NCBI GenBank assembly: GCA_051294375.1
Contig: CM119269.1
Coordinates: forward strand, 18,976,418-19,040,417
Direction of reading: 5' to 3'
Origin: Paraspadella gotoi
Lineage: Eukaryota; Animalia; Chaetognatha
DNA: 64,000 nucleotides
Part shown: in pieces, positions 27,048 to 39,442 of the stretch
Numbering within the stretch: position 1 is the first letter of the stretch
Layout of the letters: each line of letters opens with the position of its first letter
Notes under the pieces: model-generated
Database searches by the model: none
What the model was told of the DNA's origin: nothing
What the model saw: the letters and a program-made list of their open reading frames with translations, nothing else
Program-made: the position numbers and the translations under genes

Positions 27048-27760
27048 GGGGAAGAAAAGCTCTAGTTTGAAAAAAAGGAGGGAATTGTATTTCTGGAGGT
27101 CGAGCGTAGGAGAGGAAGGACTGAAGTGACGTGGAGGAAAGAACAGATGAAGGAATCGAGGAAAAGTAGAAGAAAGAAAAGAAGAAAGATTGAAAGTGTT
27201 AATAGAAAAGATATGAATATAAAGGTAAAAAAAAAGAAGAAAGTATGGTTATGGAAATAAGAAAATAGAAAGAAATGAAATGAGAAGAAAAGGAGGAAGG
27301 AATGAAGGAATGAGAAAATTGATGCAAATGGAAAAAGGACCAAGTGTAGGTGGTGCAACTGAAAAGAAGAAATGGAAAACCGAGGGAAGAAAGTCGTTAG
27401 AAAAAAAAAGGGCGAAAAGAAAAAAAAAAAGAGGAAGAGCGAGAAAAGACAGGAGAGTTTGGGTTCGCGTCGCCACGACAAGGTTTTTGAAATGTGCATT
27501 AGGGGTCTGCGCTCCTGAAAAGTGTCAGCAATGGTAGAGAGAGAGAGAAAAAAAAAATAAATGGAGAAAAAGAGAGATATGAGGGAGAGAGAGAGTGGAA
27601 AAGAAAGCAAAAAAGATAGAAAGAAAACGCCAAAAGTATAGAAATCAAGAGAAAAAGCGGGAGGGAAAGAGAAAGAGAAAAAGATCTCTGATCTCGAATC
27701 TGGCCCCTTGGTTCACCAGACGGTCTTTGGCTGGCTTAATGTTACCAAACAAAAATGCAG

Positions 27761-27791
<31 letters not shown>

Positions 27792-28309
27792 AGCCAGATA
27801 CAAGGATCAAATCAGGTCTTTCATCGCGGATCAGGCGGAGGATCAGCGCCATAAACTCGCGACACTGAAATTCATGGCGCAAATCTCTGCCAAGTGGATC
27901 ACATCCGGTTGAAGAAAAAGGATGGACGACAAAAACAACCGATGAACGAGTCGAATCAATAAAAATGAAAGGTTATTGATAATATTCTGCTATCTACTTG
28001 TCTCTACATGTTCCTAGAATTCGGCGACTATTACAACAGCTGCATCAACAGCAAAATATATATAAAAAAATACAAGATAAACTGAGGAAAACGGCCAGAG
28101 GCAGACATTCTGGTCACAAAGAAATAAAAACATCGAATTCCCGTTTGGGGTTCGAAACCGGTGATGGCGCTGCATGTCGAACGAGGTGGGAGGAATGGAG
28201 GAAGGGAGGAAAGAGGAGATAGAGATTAGAAAGGAAAAAAGAATATATTATGAAAAAGAAATATATATGAAGAAAAATATATATTAAGAAACGATGGGTT
28301 TAGTTTGAT

Positions 28310-28367
<58 letters not shown>

Positions 28368-28934
28368 TAAAATAAAATCTCAATAACAAAAAACAAAACA
28401 GGAGATAAAAGTATTTCGACTTAATTTTAAAATCGTATTAAAAGGGCGAGAAACAAATTTATTTTTTTTTACAATTTAAAAAAGTCTCGAAGAATTTTTA
28501 ATCCACTTTATTTTTTTCGTATTTTGGGCGGGGTTCTCGGATGGCTTGATAGAGATAAACAGTTCGTTCCTTTCTTTTCTTTCTTTCTTTCTTTCTTGTC
28601 TTTCTTCTTTTTCTTCTTCTTTCTTTACTTTCTTTCTTTCTTTCTTTCTTTCTTTTTTTTTTCTTTTTTTTTCTCTCCCTCTTTCTTTTTCTTTCTTTTC
28701 CTTCTTTTCTTTCGTTTTTTATTGACTTTTTTCTTATCTTTGACACTTTAAGCCGAAAGTCTATCTTCACTTCTTATCTCTTTTTTTTTTTCAACTTTTT
28801 ATTTCTTTTTTTTCCTTTTCTTCTCTTTTCTTCTCTTCTCTATTTTCTATTAGTTTTATTCGCGAAGAAAAAAAATCCCCTCCTCAAGTTCATTTCCCTT
28901 CAGTTGCAGTCTCATTCCATTCTCGTTCCGAGCT

Positions 28935-29060
<126 letters not shown>

Positions 29061-30147
29061 GAGATCGTTGGGAATTCCCTAAAGAAGCTTCACGTATTTG
29101 AACCCCCCTTTCCCTTTTCCCCTTTTCTTTCCTTCTTATTCTCCTCACACCCATTTTCTTCCACATTCCTCCCTTACATTTCCTCCCTTTTCCTCCCTCC
29201 TCACCGAATTCTTCTCCTCTTTCCTCCTCCTTTATTCCTCTTCTCATTTCTCCTCCCCCATTTCCTTATTCCATCCATCATTCCCGGACCTTTCCCATCA
29301 TCGAAACCATTCGTCTCTTCAGGCGTCGTGAGGTCTTCGTCGTCTTCGTCGTCGTCGTTTTCGTCGTTCTCGGCGGAGACGGCGCCGCCCCCTTCCGCCC
29401 GGCGCCGCCGTCTTCGGACCGGCGTCGTCTCACGGGCGCCGGCGAGGAGAATGACCAATTGACCGAATCGCGCGGGAGTTTCGGAAGAGGAAGGGAAAAA
29501 AATGGGGTTGGGGAGGTCGATGTTCAAGGGTTAAGCGATTCGCTGTTGTGGTTGATGGAGGTATTGCTGTTGTTTCCTGTTAAATTTTTTTTAAATTCCG
29601 AATTGGAGGTTTATTAATTGCGGACAGTAAAGCTAAAAATGATCGTAGTAAAAAATAAAAGTGTACGTTTAAATGATTACGTAAAAAAAAAATAATAACA
29701 ACAGCAAAATTGAAAAAAGAAGTATATTTTTAAGATAATATCAGTTTTTTTAAAAGATAATAAGACTAGAAAGTAAAAGCTTTGAACTTCATGAGAATTA
29801 TTGCCTTACATAATGGTAATTGTGTATATTTACACAAAAAGACCAATATACTCTGTCGCAACACCATGATAAAGTTGAACCTTGACCGACTGGTGTAATT
29901 TTGTCACATTCGGTGGAAAGAAAAAGGATTTGGTTCCAAATATGGAAGTAGAAAAGGAGTGGATCGAGCGATTGAGTTGTAGCAGACAGTTAGAGATGAA
30001 TGATGAAAAAAAAGAGAGCGGTGAAAATAAAAACAGAAAGAAGGAAGGGAGGAAATGAAGAAAGAAAAAAAGAGAGAAACGGTAAAGAATAGAATAGATG
30101 AGAAAGAAAGGAAATAGAAAAGAATTGGAATGTGAGAATGGAATGAA

Positions 30148-30195
<48 letters not shown>

Positions 30196-30516
30196 CGAAG
30201 CTATTGAGGCTTTGATATTGGATTTGATTCCCGCGAAGTAGATTTTGGGGTAAGTGGCGTAGAGATGAGAAAAGTTGGGAATGGGTGACGTAAAGATCGG
30301 GATATTGCTGGCGTCAAGATATGGATCGATAGTTATGAATTCTTGGATACGTTAGTTCGGATACGTCTGGGTCTACAGTCACATTTTTTCTTTGTCTTTA
30401 AAATAGTTTTTCGAGAAGTGAATTAGAAATAACAAAACGATATCATATTCATGTATTATTTGTTGAATGATGATTTGATGAATTAATTTGAATTGCCAGC
30501 AGACAGATTTACGATC

Positions 30517-30571
30517 TGGATGGCAGATTGACGGTTTGGATGGCAGATTGACGGTTTGGATGGCAGATTGA
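30517..30571. repeat. 20-bp tandem repeat (TGGATGGCAGATTGACGGTT) x2.7
   Basis: Seen directly. Confidence 0.9.
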
Positions 30572-31047
30572 TGGCACGGAATGTCGGAACGACTTTCAAG
30601 GTGGATGAGATTCTTGATTCGACTTTTTTCGTCGCAGCGGAAATTTCCGAATGTGACTTTGATTTAATGAGAGAGTGAAGATGACGAGGAGGGTGCGAGA
30701 GATGGGAGAGAGAGAGGAGAGAGAGAAGAGAGAGAGAGACGAGAGAGGAGAGAGAGGAGAGAGAGAGAGAGAAGAGAGAGATGAGGACGAGAGAGATAGA
30801 GAGAGAGAGACGAGAGAGAGAGAGAGAAGAGAGAGAGGAGCAGATTGAGAGAGAGAGAGAGAGAGTTTAGAGAGAGAGAGATAAAAAAAGAGTCACGTGA
30901 ATTCATCCATGAAATTTGCAAACGACGAACGAAAGTCAAAAGTGGAGGTGACATTGAGAGATGGAGAGAAGGAGGGAAGAAGCGAATAGAGAGGGAGATA
31001 AGTGGAGAGGAAGATAGGAAAGAGGAATGTGGAAAAAGGTGATGAGT

Positions 31048-31240
31048 GAAAAAGGAAAAGGAAAAAGAGGAGGAGAAAAAGGAAAAGGAAAAAGAGGAGG
31101 AGAAAAAGGAAAAGGAAAAAGAGGAGGAGAAAAAGGAAAAGGAAAAAGAGGAGGAGAAAAAGGAAAAGGAAAAAGAGGAGGAGAAAAAGGAAAAGGAAAA
31201 AGAGGAGGAGAAAAAGGAAAAGGAAAAAGAGGAGGAGGAG
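31048..31240. repeat. 27-bp pure-purine minisatellite (GAAAAAGGAAAAGGAAAAAGAGGAGGA) x~7
   Basis: Seen directly; explains the EKGKGKRGG / KKEKEKEEE ORFs. Confidence 0.95.
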
Positions 31241-32464
31241 TTTTTCAAGTTAGAAAAGAAGAGAAAATCAGGGATTGAAATAATAGATAAAAAACTCAAG
31301 GGTCGTTGGGGGGAATTACTTGGAAATATAAACCTGTGTACAAGTCACTTTAAACCGTAATTCCCTCTATTATGATAATGATAAGTCAATAATTTGATGC
31401 ATAAACATTATAATAAATTCCGGTTAGGCGCGATTCAATTAGACCTGTCGAACGGTAAGCATATGAATTAGGAAGGACAAAGAGAATTTTCAAAATTTCA
31501 TGAATAAATTTTTTCGCGCGATATTATTAACAATATGAGCATATACTAATAGATTTGGGATAATGCAATCTGCAAGTCAAATAGGAAGCATTTTTACGAT
31601 CGCTGGATCAATAAATATGCATGGGACTAATTGATCTGATGTAGAATTATTTTAAGTATAAGTATAAATATTGTCGCGCTCCACAGCAGATTTGTTAATT
31701 TCTTTATTTCTCTTTAATGCATACATTTTTCAAAAATACATAACTTTGTCACTGTGCTCAGTTCAATCGTGTCAATGTGGGAAGTATTAAAAGGAGACAA
31801 ATAGGGTTCGTGACGAAAAAGGAGACAGATAAACTTTCACCAAAGATAAAAGTTTAGGATATCATAAAGGGAGGAAAAAACGTGAGATATTGGAGAGGGA
31901 GAGAGAGATAAAGAGAGAGAGAGAGACAGAATGTTTGCGGAACCACGGGTCGCGGGAGAAAGGCCCAAGGATCGGGAATGAGAGGGGAATTCTGAGAGAG
32001 AGAGAGAGGAGAGCAGAGATAGAGGAGATGAGGAGACGGAGAGACGAGAGAGAAGAGAGAGAGAGAGAAGAGACGAGAGAGAGATGAGAGAGAGAGAGAG
32101 AGGAAGAGAAAATTCAATGACTGAGCAGTTTGTCTCTGACGCTTTGAAATGAATGAATTGAACAAAAAACTAGCTTTCAAATTAAAAAAAAGGAAATCAC
32201 GTTACGCTTTTTTGCGAGTATGGTCGGTGAAAAAAAAAAAAAAGTAAAGTCAATGATAAAGAAGAAGAGTTAAAAAGGAAAAAAAAATGTAACCAGAACG
32301 GAAATTTAAATGTGTGTTGCGCAGCAGTGATCTTCTTAGCCTGTGTATGTTCGACACGCACTGCATCCGAATTTTGTCTTTTATTCATTAAAGTTTTCGA
32401 ATTTACTAGCAGTGGAGGCATTGGAGGTTTTTTCCTGTCTTAACAAATTAGCAACAACTACAGA

Positions 32465-32592
32465 CGAGTTATGAGCGTTTTTAACAGAAGTGGGACAGAC
32501 AGACGGACAGACATACCACCCGACCAACCGATAGACCGACCGAAAAGTGACTTATAGTGTTACACCGCGAGTACTCGCGTCGTATCTAAAAA
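32465..32592 (-). mobile_element. Helentron/HINE (DINE-1-like) non-autonomous element end
   Basis: Minus strand reads TTTTTAGATACGA-CGCGAGTACTCGCG (perfect 14-bp palindrome, 32566-32579)-GTGTAACACTATAAGTCACTTTTC, then (GGTC/GTCT/GTCC)n and GTCCCAC. A T-run, terminal hairpin and GTCY tetramer repeats match the known HINE/DINE-1 layout. Confidence 0.55.
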
Positions 32593-34503
32593 CAAGCCAA
32601 GAACAAACGTCATCTTTCGTCAGCAAAAAAGACAACAAACGACTGAAAAAAAAAAATCTAAATAAAAAAATAGAAACCCAGACAGGCAAAAGAAAAAAAA
32701 ACCAAAAGAACAAAGAAGTTTACAAAAATAAAAAAGGAAAAAAAAAAAGAAATTTAAACGTAATTTTTTTTTCTTCGTCGGAAATAAAGCTCAATGACGC
32801 CGAGAGAAAGAGCGAGTGAGAGTTGGCTCGCGAACGGCGATGGCATTAGTGGCATCTCGGTGGCAGGTGAAGACGGTAATGATGATGGCAATAGAACCCT
32901 TTGATGAAAGAGCAATGAATATCGAAAGACTGGCGTTGGGCCCTGAGGGAATAATAAAAGCGACATTGGCTGTTGTAATTGCGATTGCTAAAGATAGTGG
33001 GCCGGTGATTCAGACGTCAAACTCAGATTCATATGGCAAAGGTAAAGGCAATAAGACATAAGCATAAAGCTGATCTTACTGCTAAGTTTTTTGAGATAAC
33101 AACAACAGCGATATTACAATGGAAGTCAATCGATATTGTCGTTCATCGATTCGTTTCTAAAAAGCTTAATAGAGTTCTTAATCGATTCATTAACTAATTA
33201 ATTAATTAATTAATTAATTAGGTCAACGAATGACATTTTTAGAGTTAAGTCGACAATTACGAGATCGAAAATGCTTAGAAAAATGAGTGAGACGACGACG
33301 ACATCAACGACGACAACAACGACGACAGCAATCGAAGCAAAGTCTAAACAAAGTTCGACGTTAAAAAAAAAGTTAAAAGACTTCGAGTCTCTAAAGTCGA
33401 GTCCTTCGTCCATTAACCAACTTTCCCGCGCCTTTTTTTTTGTGTGTGTGGGAAGCGTGTGTGTGTCTGTGTGCGCTTGAATGAAAAAAAAGTTGAGAAG
33501 ATGACTGAGCAACACGAGAAATTTTTTTGCCCTCAATTCCGTGCCCGCTTTTTTTTTTTTTTTTTTGGCCGCCTCTTCTCCACAGCTTTTCTCCCTAACA
33601 AACTCTCTTCCTATCTTTTTCCCTCTCTTCTCACCCACGCCTCTCTATTTCTTTCTATCTTCTTTCCTTACTTTTCCTCCTCTGCCTCATTTTCTTTTCT
33701 TCCTCTCCGATTCTTCCTCTAAAGATGCTGGGAAGATGGGTATCAAGCTAAAGGTAGGTTCTAACTAGTCTCTCATCAGGGAAAAGAGGTAAGAAGGGTA
33801 AGGAATATATTGGTGATAGGTAAATGGCTACAACAAAGGGAACAAGGGTACATAAAAGGGAGAGAAGGGAGAGGGAAGGTTTTCAGACCCCGAGACCGAG
33901 AGGAGAAGTTGGGAGAGTGAGTCCGATCTCCAAGACTCTATCCGTGACTCCGGGGATGAAGAGGAGGGGACGACGAGGGGAGGAGGAGGCGTTTAGAGGG
34001 GGAAGAGAATGCCCGGGGGAGAGAGAGTGGCAGTAAGGTGAGCCTCTATCTTGAGATGCTCTTCAGGCTGAATCCTATTAATTGAGTTTTTAGTCCGAAA
34101 CTCGTAACACCGAAAATATGCGAGGTTGAGAGAAAAAAAGTGAAAAGAAGCTTTTGAGTTGTAGATCCGAAAAAAAAGAACGAGTTGTAAGTGAATAAAA
34201 GGTTAAATTTACTATTTACTATTGTGAATCACAAAATAACCAAATTCGTGTCTTCTCCTTTGTTTTTCTATTGATAAAAAAGATTGGAAACGAATAAATT
34301 AATTAAATATTAATTAATTAATTAATTTTTCCGTAATTAAAATCTATTAACGTACTGGTTGATGAAAACAGATCTGGTTCTTTTTCCCACGAGTGAGACC
34401 ACGTCTCTTGAAGTCGAACAGATTCTCATTTCACCGCGGATCGGATTTCGGTCGCGTGAATCTAGTGAATGCGATCATCTCCTTCTCTCTCACTCTTCAC
34501 TCT

Positions 34504-34534
<31 letters not shown>

Positions 34535-34721
34535 TTCTTCATTCAGCTCGCTCTCGGGCAATTCCGTACACACGTGCGGTGAAACGTCTAGAAAATGGAA
34601 AGCAGCAGGATGGGATGAGAGGAAGTGAAACTGGAGAGTGGGAAATAGCGAGTGCGAATGATTGAGATTGGAACGAAAAGAATGAAGAGAGAGAGAGAAG
34701 AGGAGAGAGAGAAAAGAGAGA

Positions 34722-34753
<32 letters not shown>

Positions 34754-35296
34754 GATCGTGAACGCGGAAAACGTCCTTCCAGTTGATGTCTCGACCTTCG
34801 TTTCACAAATGCGGAGGAAAAAGTCAGAATTCCATGGGATTCAGTCAAAGACGAAGCACCATGGAATAGGAAATCATGTGTGAGAGTAGCAGAGGGAGGG
34901 AGAGAGTGAGAGAGGGAGAGAGAGAGAGGGAGAGAGTGAAAGAGGAAAAAGCGTTGAAAAAAGAGACGTCGTTTCTGACAGAAGCGCATTGAGAAAGTTT
35001 AATGGCTTCACATTTTGATCTGATTGAGAGACTCAAAAACGAGAGAGAGAGAAAGAGAGAACGAAAAAAAAGAGAGAACTAAAGAAAGAGAACAGGAGGG
35101 AGAGAGAGAAAGAGAGAATGAAAGATCTAATGGTTTGAATCCCGAAAATGTAGTGGATGCTGAATATCATCTGTGATTCATGGGAAGGCAATCCGAGGGA
35201 CCTGATTGAGAGAGAGAGAAAGGAGGAGAGATGAGAAAGAGAGAGAGAGAATGAAAGCACAGAGAGAGAGAGAGAGAAAGAGAGAGAGAGGAGAAG

Positions 35297-35379
<83 letters not shown>

Positions 35380-36392
35380 GAGAGACGAGAGAGAGGCAAG
35401 AAAATAAAAAAAAGATAAAAAATTCTACATATACTTTTGCGTTGTCCTTTCAACAAAGTTTTTTTTTCCTATCTCTCCCTCTCTCTCTCTCTCTCGTCTC
35501 CTCCTCTCTCTTCTCTCTCTTCTCTCTCTCTCTCTTCTCTCTCCTCTTCTCTCTCTCTACTCCCTCTCTCTCTCTCTCTCTCTCTCGCTTATTTTTTGCG
35601 CTTTTAACAACAAGGCTTTTGACTGAGAAACGACCGTCACGTCTTAATTACCATAGTGATACTTCTTTTAAATCGGCAATCCCCGATCGTCATGTGGGGA
35701 AAATTCAATCCAGTTTTTTTCTCTACTGATCAATTTAAAAAAAAGCATTAAAAATGTAAAAACAGTCTAAAAAAATAATCTTCGATACGAAGCAGCTTTC
35801 CATCTTTGGCGTAAAAAATATTTTCATGCATTACCATTTCACATCAAAAATAGCTCTGTGGCTTCTTTAATGCGATAATTCTATTCAATTTCATTTAAGC
35901 ATATATTTTACCGCGATTTATAGTTTCATAATTAAGTTTTTAACGATATGGACTAAAAAGCAAATCGTTTTTGATTTTACTGACACAAAATTGCCAACCT
36001 TTTAGACAAGCATAAAATCAATCATTATTTACAATAAGATTAAGTACCTAATGGATTATTTAGGTAAATATTTTTGAATCTTGATTTCGGAATTCCGATG
36101 TACATTTTAAATTTTCTTTTCCTTTTTTCCAAGCTAAGAAATTTAAAAAAAAAATAAAATTCTTGATTCGCTCCTAACTGACGAAGTTAACGACGACGCA
36201 CGACGACGACCACGACGACGACGAATTTCTGTTGCCAAAAAGAAAATAGAAGAAAAAAAAGAAAGAAAAAAAAATCTAAAACTGGGAAATATAATTGAAA
36301 ATAAAAACGCAAATATAAATCTTTGATGGAAAAATAAAACGAATAAAAATCTATCGAGAAAAACATTTGGCAAAGGGATCAGAGAGAAGAGA

Positions 36393-36468
<76 letters not shown>

Positions 36469-36469
36469 G

Positions 36470-36478
36470 GCTCACCTG
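36470..36478 (-). promoter_or_regulatory. 5' splice donor CAG|GTGAGC closing the GC-rich block (last exonic base 36476)
   Basis: Near-consensus donor exactly where GC-rich sequence gives way to a microsatellite and AT-rich DNA. Confidence 0.55.
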
Positions 36479-36534
36479 GGCTTCTATCGACGTGGATTGA
36501 AGCGGCGTCGGTTTCTTCCAATTTTTCACTTCCC

Positions 36535-37101
36535 CTATACCTCCTCTCTCTCCCTCTCTCCCTTCCTCTCTCCACGCTCGGGCGCCTCCGACTTGGCGCC
36601 CTTCCCGTCGGCGGGCGCCGTTCCCATGGCAACCTCGCCAACATCCGATCCCGCGTTCGACGCCAGGGCGACTTCCGGTCGACCGCGGGCGAGCGGCGTT
36701 CCTGGCGGCGCTCCCAAAGGCGAGGACGACGCCGACGAAGCCGACGCCGAAAACGACGCCGACGATCCGAGATCGAAACGACCCGGGTTCGAATCCTGCA
36801 ATCGATCGAAACGATGATGACGCCGACGACGACGACGATGATGATGTGGACGACGACGTCGACGATGAGCTCGACGATCGACGCGACGACGACGATATGA
36901 GCGACGACGACTGGGAAATTTTTCGTCGTCGTCGTCGTCGTCGTCTTCGTTTTCGTTGGATTTGTTTATTTCGTTTATTTTGTTTTCTTTATGTTCGTCA
37001 AGGGCTTCGACAAAGTCTTTGTGTTTCAGGACTGCCGAGTTTTGAGCCAGGGAAGAAAGAGAGGAGAGAGGGGAGAAGGAGGGAGGGAGAGAGGAGGGGA
37101 A
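36535..37101 (-). CDS. Second part of a large coding exon; stop-to-stop open frame of 188 codons: ...LSSLAQNSAVLKHKDFVEALDEHKENKINEINKSNENEDDDDDDDEKFPSRRRSYRRRRVDRRAHRRRRRPHHHRRRRRRHHRFDRLQDSNPGRFDLGSSASFSASASSASSSPLGAPPG...EREEV*
   Basis: Hand translation extends track ORF 36535-36801 upstream to a TAA at 37102-37104. It overlaps the end of ORF 37026-38042 in a shifted frame. Protein-like composition with in-frame trinucleotide repeats (poly-D, R/H, S). Confidence 0.5.
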   Translation of the reverse strand, partial: FPSSLPPSFSPLSSLSSLAQNSAVLKHKDFVEALDEHKENKINEINKSNENEDDDDDDDEKFPSRRRSYRRRRVDRRAHRRRRRPHHHRRRRRRHHRFDRLQDSNPGRFDLGSSASFSASASSASSSPLGAPPGTPLARGRPEVALASNAGSDVGEVAMGTAPADGKGAKSEAPERGERKGEREREEV

Positions 37102-38042
37102 TTAGGGAGAGAGGAGGAGTATGTGCGAGGAAGGGACGGAGGTAAAAAATGGCGGGAATAGTGAGAAGAGGGATGAACGAGGGAGAAGGGGAGGGGGATG
37201 GAGGGAGCGGAAGAGGGGGAGGGAGAATTGAGGGGAGAATTGGGGGAGAATTGAGAAGAAGAATTGAGAGGAGAACGGGAGGAAGGGGAGGCGGCGGAGG
37301 TGGCGGAGGGATCTGCCGCCGACGAATCTTCCGCGATCAGGTTTAATCCGATATCGTCGTTGTCGTTGTTGTTGTCGTCTTTTCCTCGCTCGATTTTCCT
37401 TCCGTCGAACGGTAATCCGAAAACGTTGATTCTTTTATCGACAGCTACGTCTCTGCCGCTCCCGCTGTCGTTGCCGCTGCTTTCGGCGCCGCCGCCGCGG
37501 CCGCCGCTGCCCCGGATGCTGCTGTTGTTGATATTGACGGTTTTGTCTCTGTTTATTAATCCATAAATCGCTGGATCGAGTTTCGATTCGACGATTTTCC
37601 TTTCGTCGCCTTCGATCGCGTTTCCCGCGTTTTTGTCGTTGTTGTTGTTGTTGTTGTTGTTGTAGCGTCCGATTTCTCCTCCTCCGCCTCTCCTCTCATC
37701 GTCGAACCTCCGGAGTCGAGTTTCGGAATTCGACGCCGAAATCAGAAGCAGAATAACGACGCCGCAGAGGATAGGATTTCCGGCGCCGCCGCCGCTACCG
37801 ATGACGACCCGGCGGATGGAATTTTCGCTTTTGCCTCGGACGGCGCCACGCCTCCCGGCGAACCGGAAGTCGGCCACGCCCCTCGGCGCCGTCGAGAGCG
37901 GAGCGTTAACGCCTGGTGCGCCGAAAAAGCTGGACGATTCGGCGCCGGACGGGAGGAGAGCGCCGGCGGCGACTCTGTATCCGGTCACGCCCACTGGTGT
38001 CGTGGGACGGCGTCGATGCTCGACGAGCGAGAGGGGCATCAT
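37026..38042 (-). CDS. First part of a large coding exon (338 aa ORF): low-complexity protein with a hydrophobic signal/anchor segment (ILCGVVILLLISA, ~aa 91-103) followed by N/G/S/P-rich sequence; family unidentified
   Basis: Longest ORF in the window and not a microsatellite translation; lies in a GC-rich island. In-frame TAA 8 codons before ATG-ATG; repeats are in-frame triplets (poly-N, poly-G); several N-x-S/T sequons after the hydrophobic segment. Confidence 0.55.
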   Translation of the reverse strand: MMPLSLVEHRRRPTTPVGVTGYRVAAGALLPSGAESSSFFGAPGVNAPLSTAPRGVADFRFAGRRGAVRGKSENSIRRVVIGSGGGAGNPILCGVVILLLISASNSETRLRRFDDERRGGGGEIGRYNNNNNNNNDKNAGNAIEGDERKIVESKLDPAIYGLINRDKTVNINNSSIRGSGGRGGGAESSGNDSGSGRDVAVDKRINVFGLPFDGRKIERGKDDNNNDNDDIGLNLIAEDSSAADPSATSAASPSSRSPLNSSSQFSPNSPLNSPSPSSAPSIPLPFSLVHPSSHYSRHFLPPSLPRTYSSSLPNSPPLSLPPSPLSPLFLPWLKTRQS

Positions 38043-38228
38043 ACGGGCGAGGTTTTTGTTCTGGTCTTAATTTGTTTTTCTTTTTTTTTCACCCTTATGG
38101 TTCGTTTTTATCTTTTCTAAGAAATTGCCTTTGTGCGATTGGCTGATTATCAGTATTGAGTTTTGGGATGGATGAACGACTGGATCATGGATATGTCTAA
38201 ATTGTCTATGTATTAGGTTTTTTTGTTT

Positions 38229-38250
38229 GCTGCAGAAAAGACATTAGCAT
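38229..38250 (-). promoter_or_regulatory. Candidate 3' splice acceptor for the large exon: TGCTAAT branch point, TCTTTTCTGCAG|C (exon from 38229)
   Basis: Consensus branch point, pyrimidine tract and CAG, 187 nt upstream of the ATG at 38042. Confidence 0.35.
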
Positions 38251-38919
38251 ACAGTTTTTACATACAATGTACGATGTTGGTGAGCAATAACGCTCATCTA
38301 TCAGCAACTCTACACAGTTGCTTAAAACCTCTCACTGTTTGACTGCAATTCTATATTCGTTTTCAATTAAAGTATTATTTTACTTTAAAAATGTTTGTTA
38401 TCATATTACTAAAATACTGAATACTTTTATTGAGTTTTTAATTTTAAATGATGCAAGTTGAAAAAATTATGCAAGCAAAAATAATATTGTTTTGATTTAT
38501 AAAATAAAATTAAGTACGAAAATATTATTAGTACCGCACTAACAGTTCAGTTTAATCCCTTGAAAGCGATTTACATGTATTGGCGCAGCCACTGGTTCTA
38601 TCTGTTAAAGTCTTTGCGGATCTCGGAAAGCAAGTGAATGTTACGAATGAAATATTCACGAGTGACATCCTCGTCAACATCACCAGAAGAACCGATTAAC
38701 AGTTTTTAATCTTTTTATAAAACAAACGAATAATAGGATCTCCAGCAATGGATATGGATTGCGAAGGTAGGTAAGCGGCCACAGCCCCGACAAGGCCGCT
38801 TAGCCGAGAGTTAATCAGCCAAGCTTTCGCGAGCGTGGAATCAGAAACCAAGCAGCAGGAACCGCGACGGTCGAGCTGAGCGGTTGACGCGGTCCGCGGA
38901 TTTGTCCGATTTAATTCCA

Positions 38920-38940
38920 CCTGAAAAAAAAAAGAGTTGG
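38920..38940 (-). promoter_or_regulatory. Candidate 3' splice acceptor CTCTTTTTTTTTTCAG|G of an upstream, probably non-coding exon (from 38920)
   Basis: Strong pyrimidine tract plus CAG followed by a GC-rich segment, on the same strand as the large exon; donor not pinned down. Confidence 0.35.
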
Positions 38941-39184
38941 AATAGGAAATGAATGGAAGGGGAAATTAGAAGGAAGAGGGGGGGGGGATTTAAAAATGGC
39001 GTCGATTGAAAACGGGATGAAATTTAGGAGGGTGAATTCACAGTGGAGTCTGGGAAATTAAATGGGAAAGTCGGATGGAGGAGACTTATAATTTGGGGCA
39101 GGGAGAGATGACTGGAAATGTGTAAGTTAACAAGGAAACGGTGAGAAAGAAGAAATAGGAAAAAGATCCGGGTGTTAAAAGATT

Positions 39185-39442
39185 ATGAAAATTGCAAAAT
39201 TACTTGTTTCACTATTTTAAGTTTTAGATTTTAAAATATTCATTAAAATTATACATTACAAATTCTATATTTTTTATTTTTATCATTATTATTATTGATT
39301 AATTTTGGTTTTAGATAATCTAAATCTGAAAAAAAATATTAGGGAGAGGGCTGTTAGTGTTGTCTTCTGGAAATAGAGAGAGCATCTATACAATACAAGG
39401 TTATATTACTTCCTGCCCTAGTTTTCTAAATAGATATCACAC
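39185..39442. mobile_element. ~250 bp dispersed repeat, copy B (also at 48817-49085 in the duplicated block)
   Basis: See 12549-12799. Confidence 0.7.

Noticed and set aside
32816-33061. 81-aa plus ORF (MALVASRWQV...)
   Set aside because: No acceptor or domain; the length is within chance expectation.
36782-36799. CCCGGGTTCGAATCCTG, a tRNA T-arm/B-box look-alike; other lone B-box-like words near 28149 and 45409
   Set aside because: No A-box, D-arm, anticodon arm or acceptor stem; the first lies inside the probable coding exon.
36367-38146. Plus-strand ORFs overlapping the GC-rich block
   Set aside because: Shorter and fragmented; they read as antisense shadows of the minus-strand frames.
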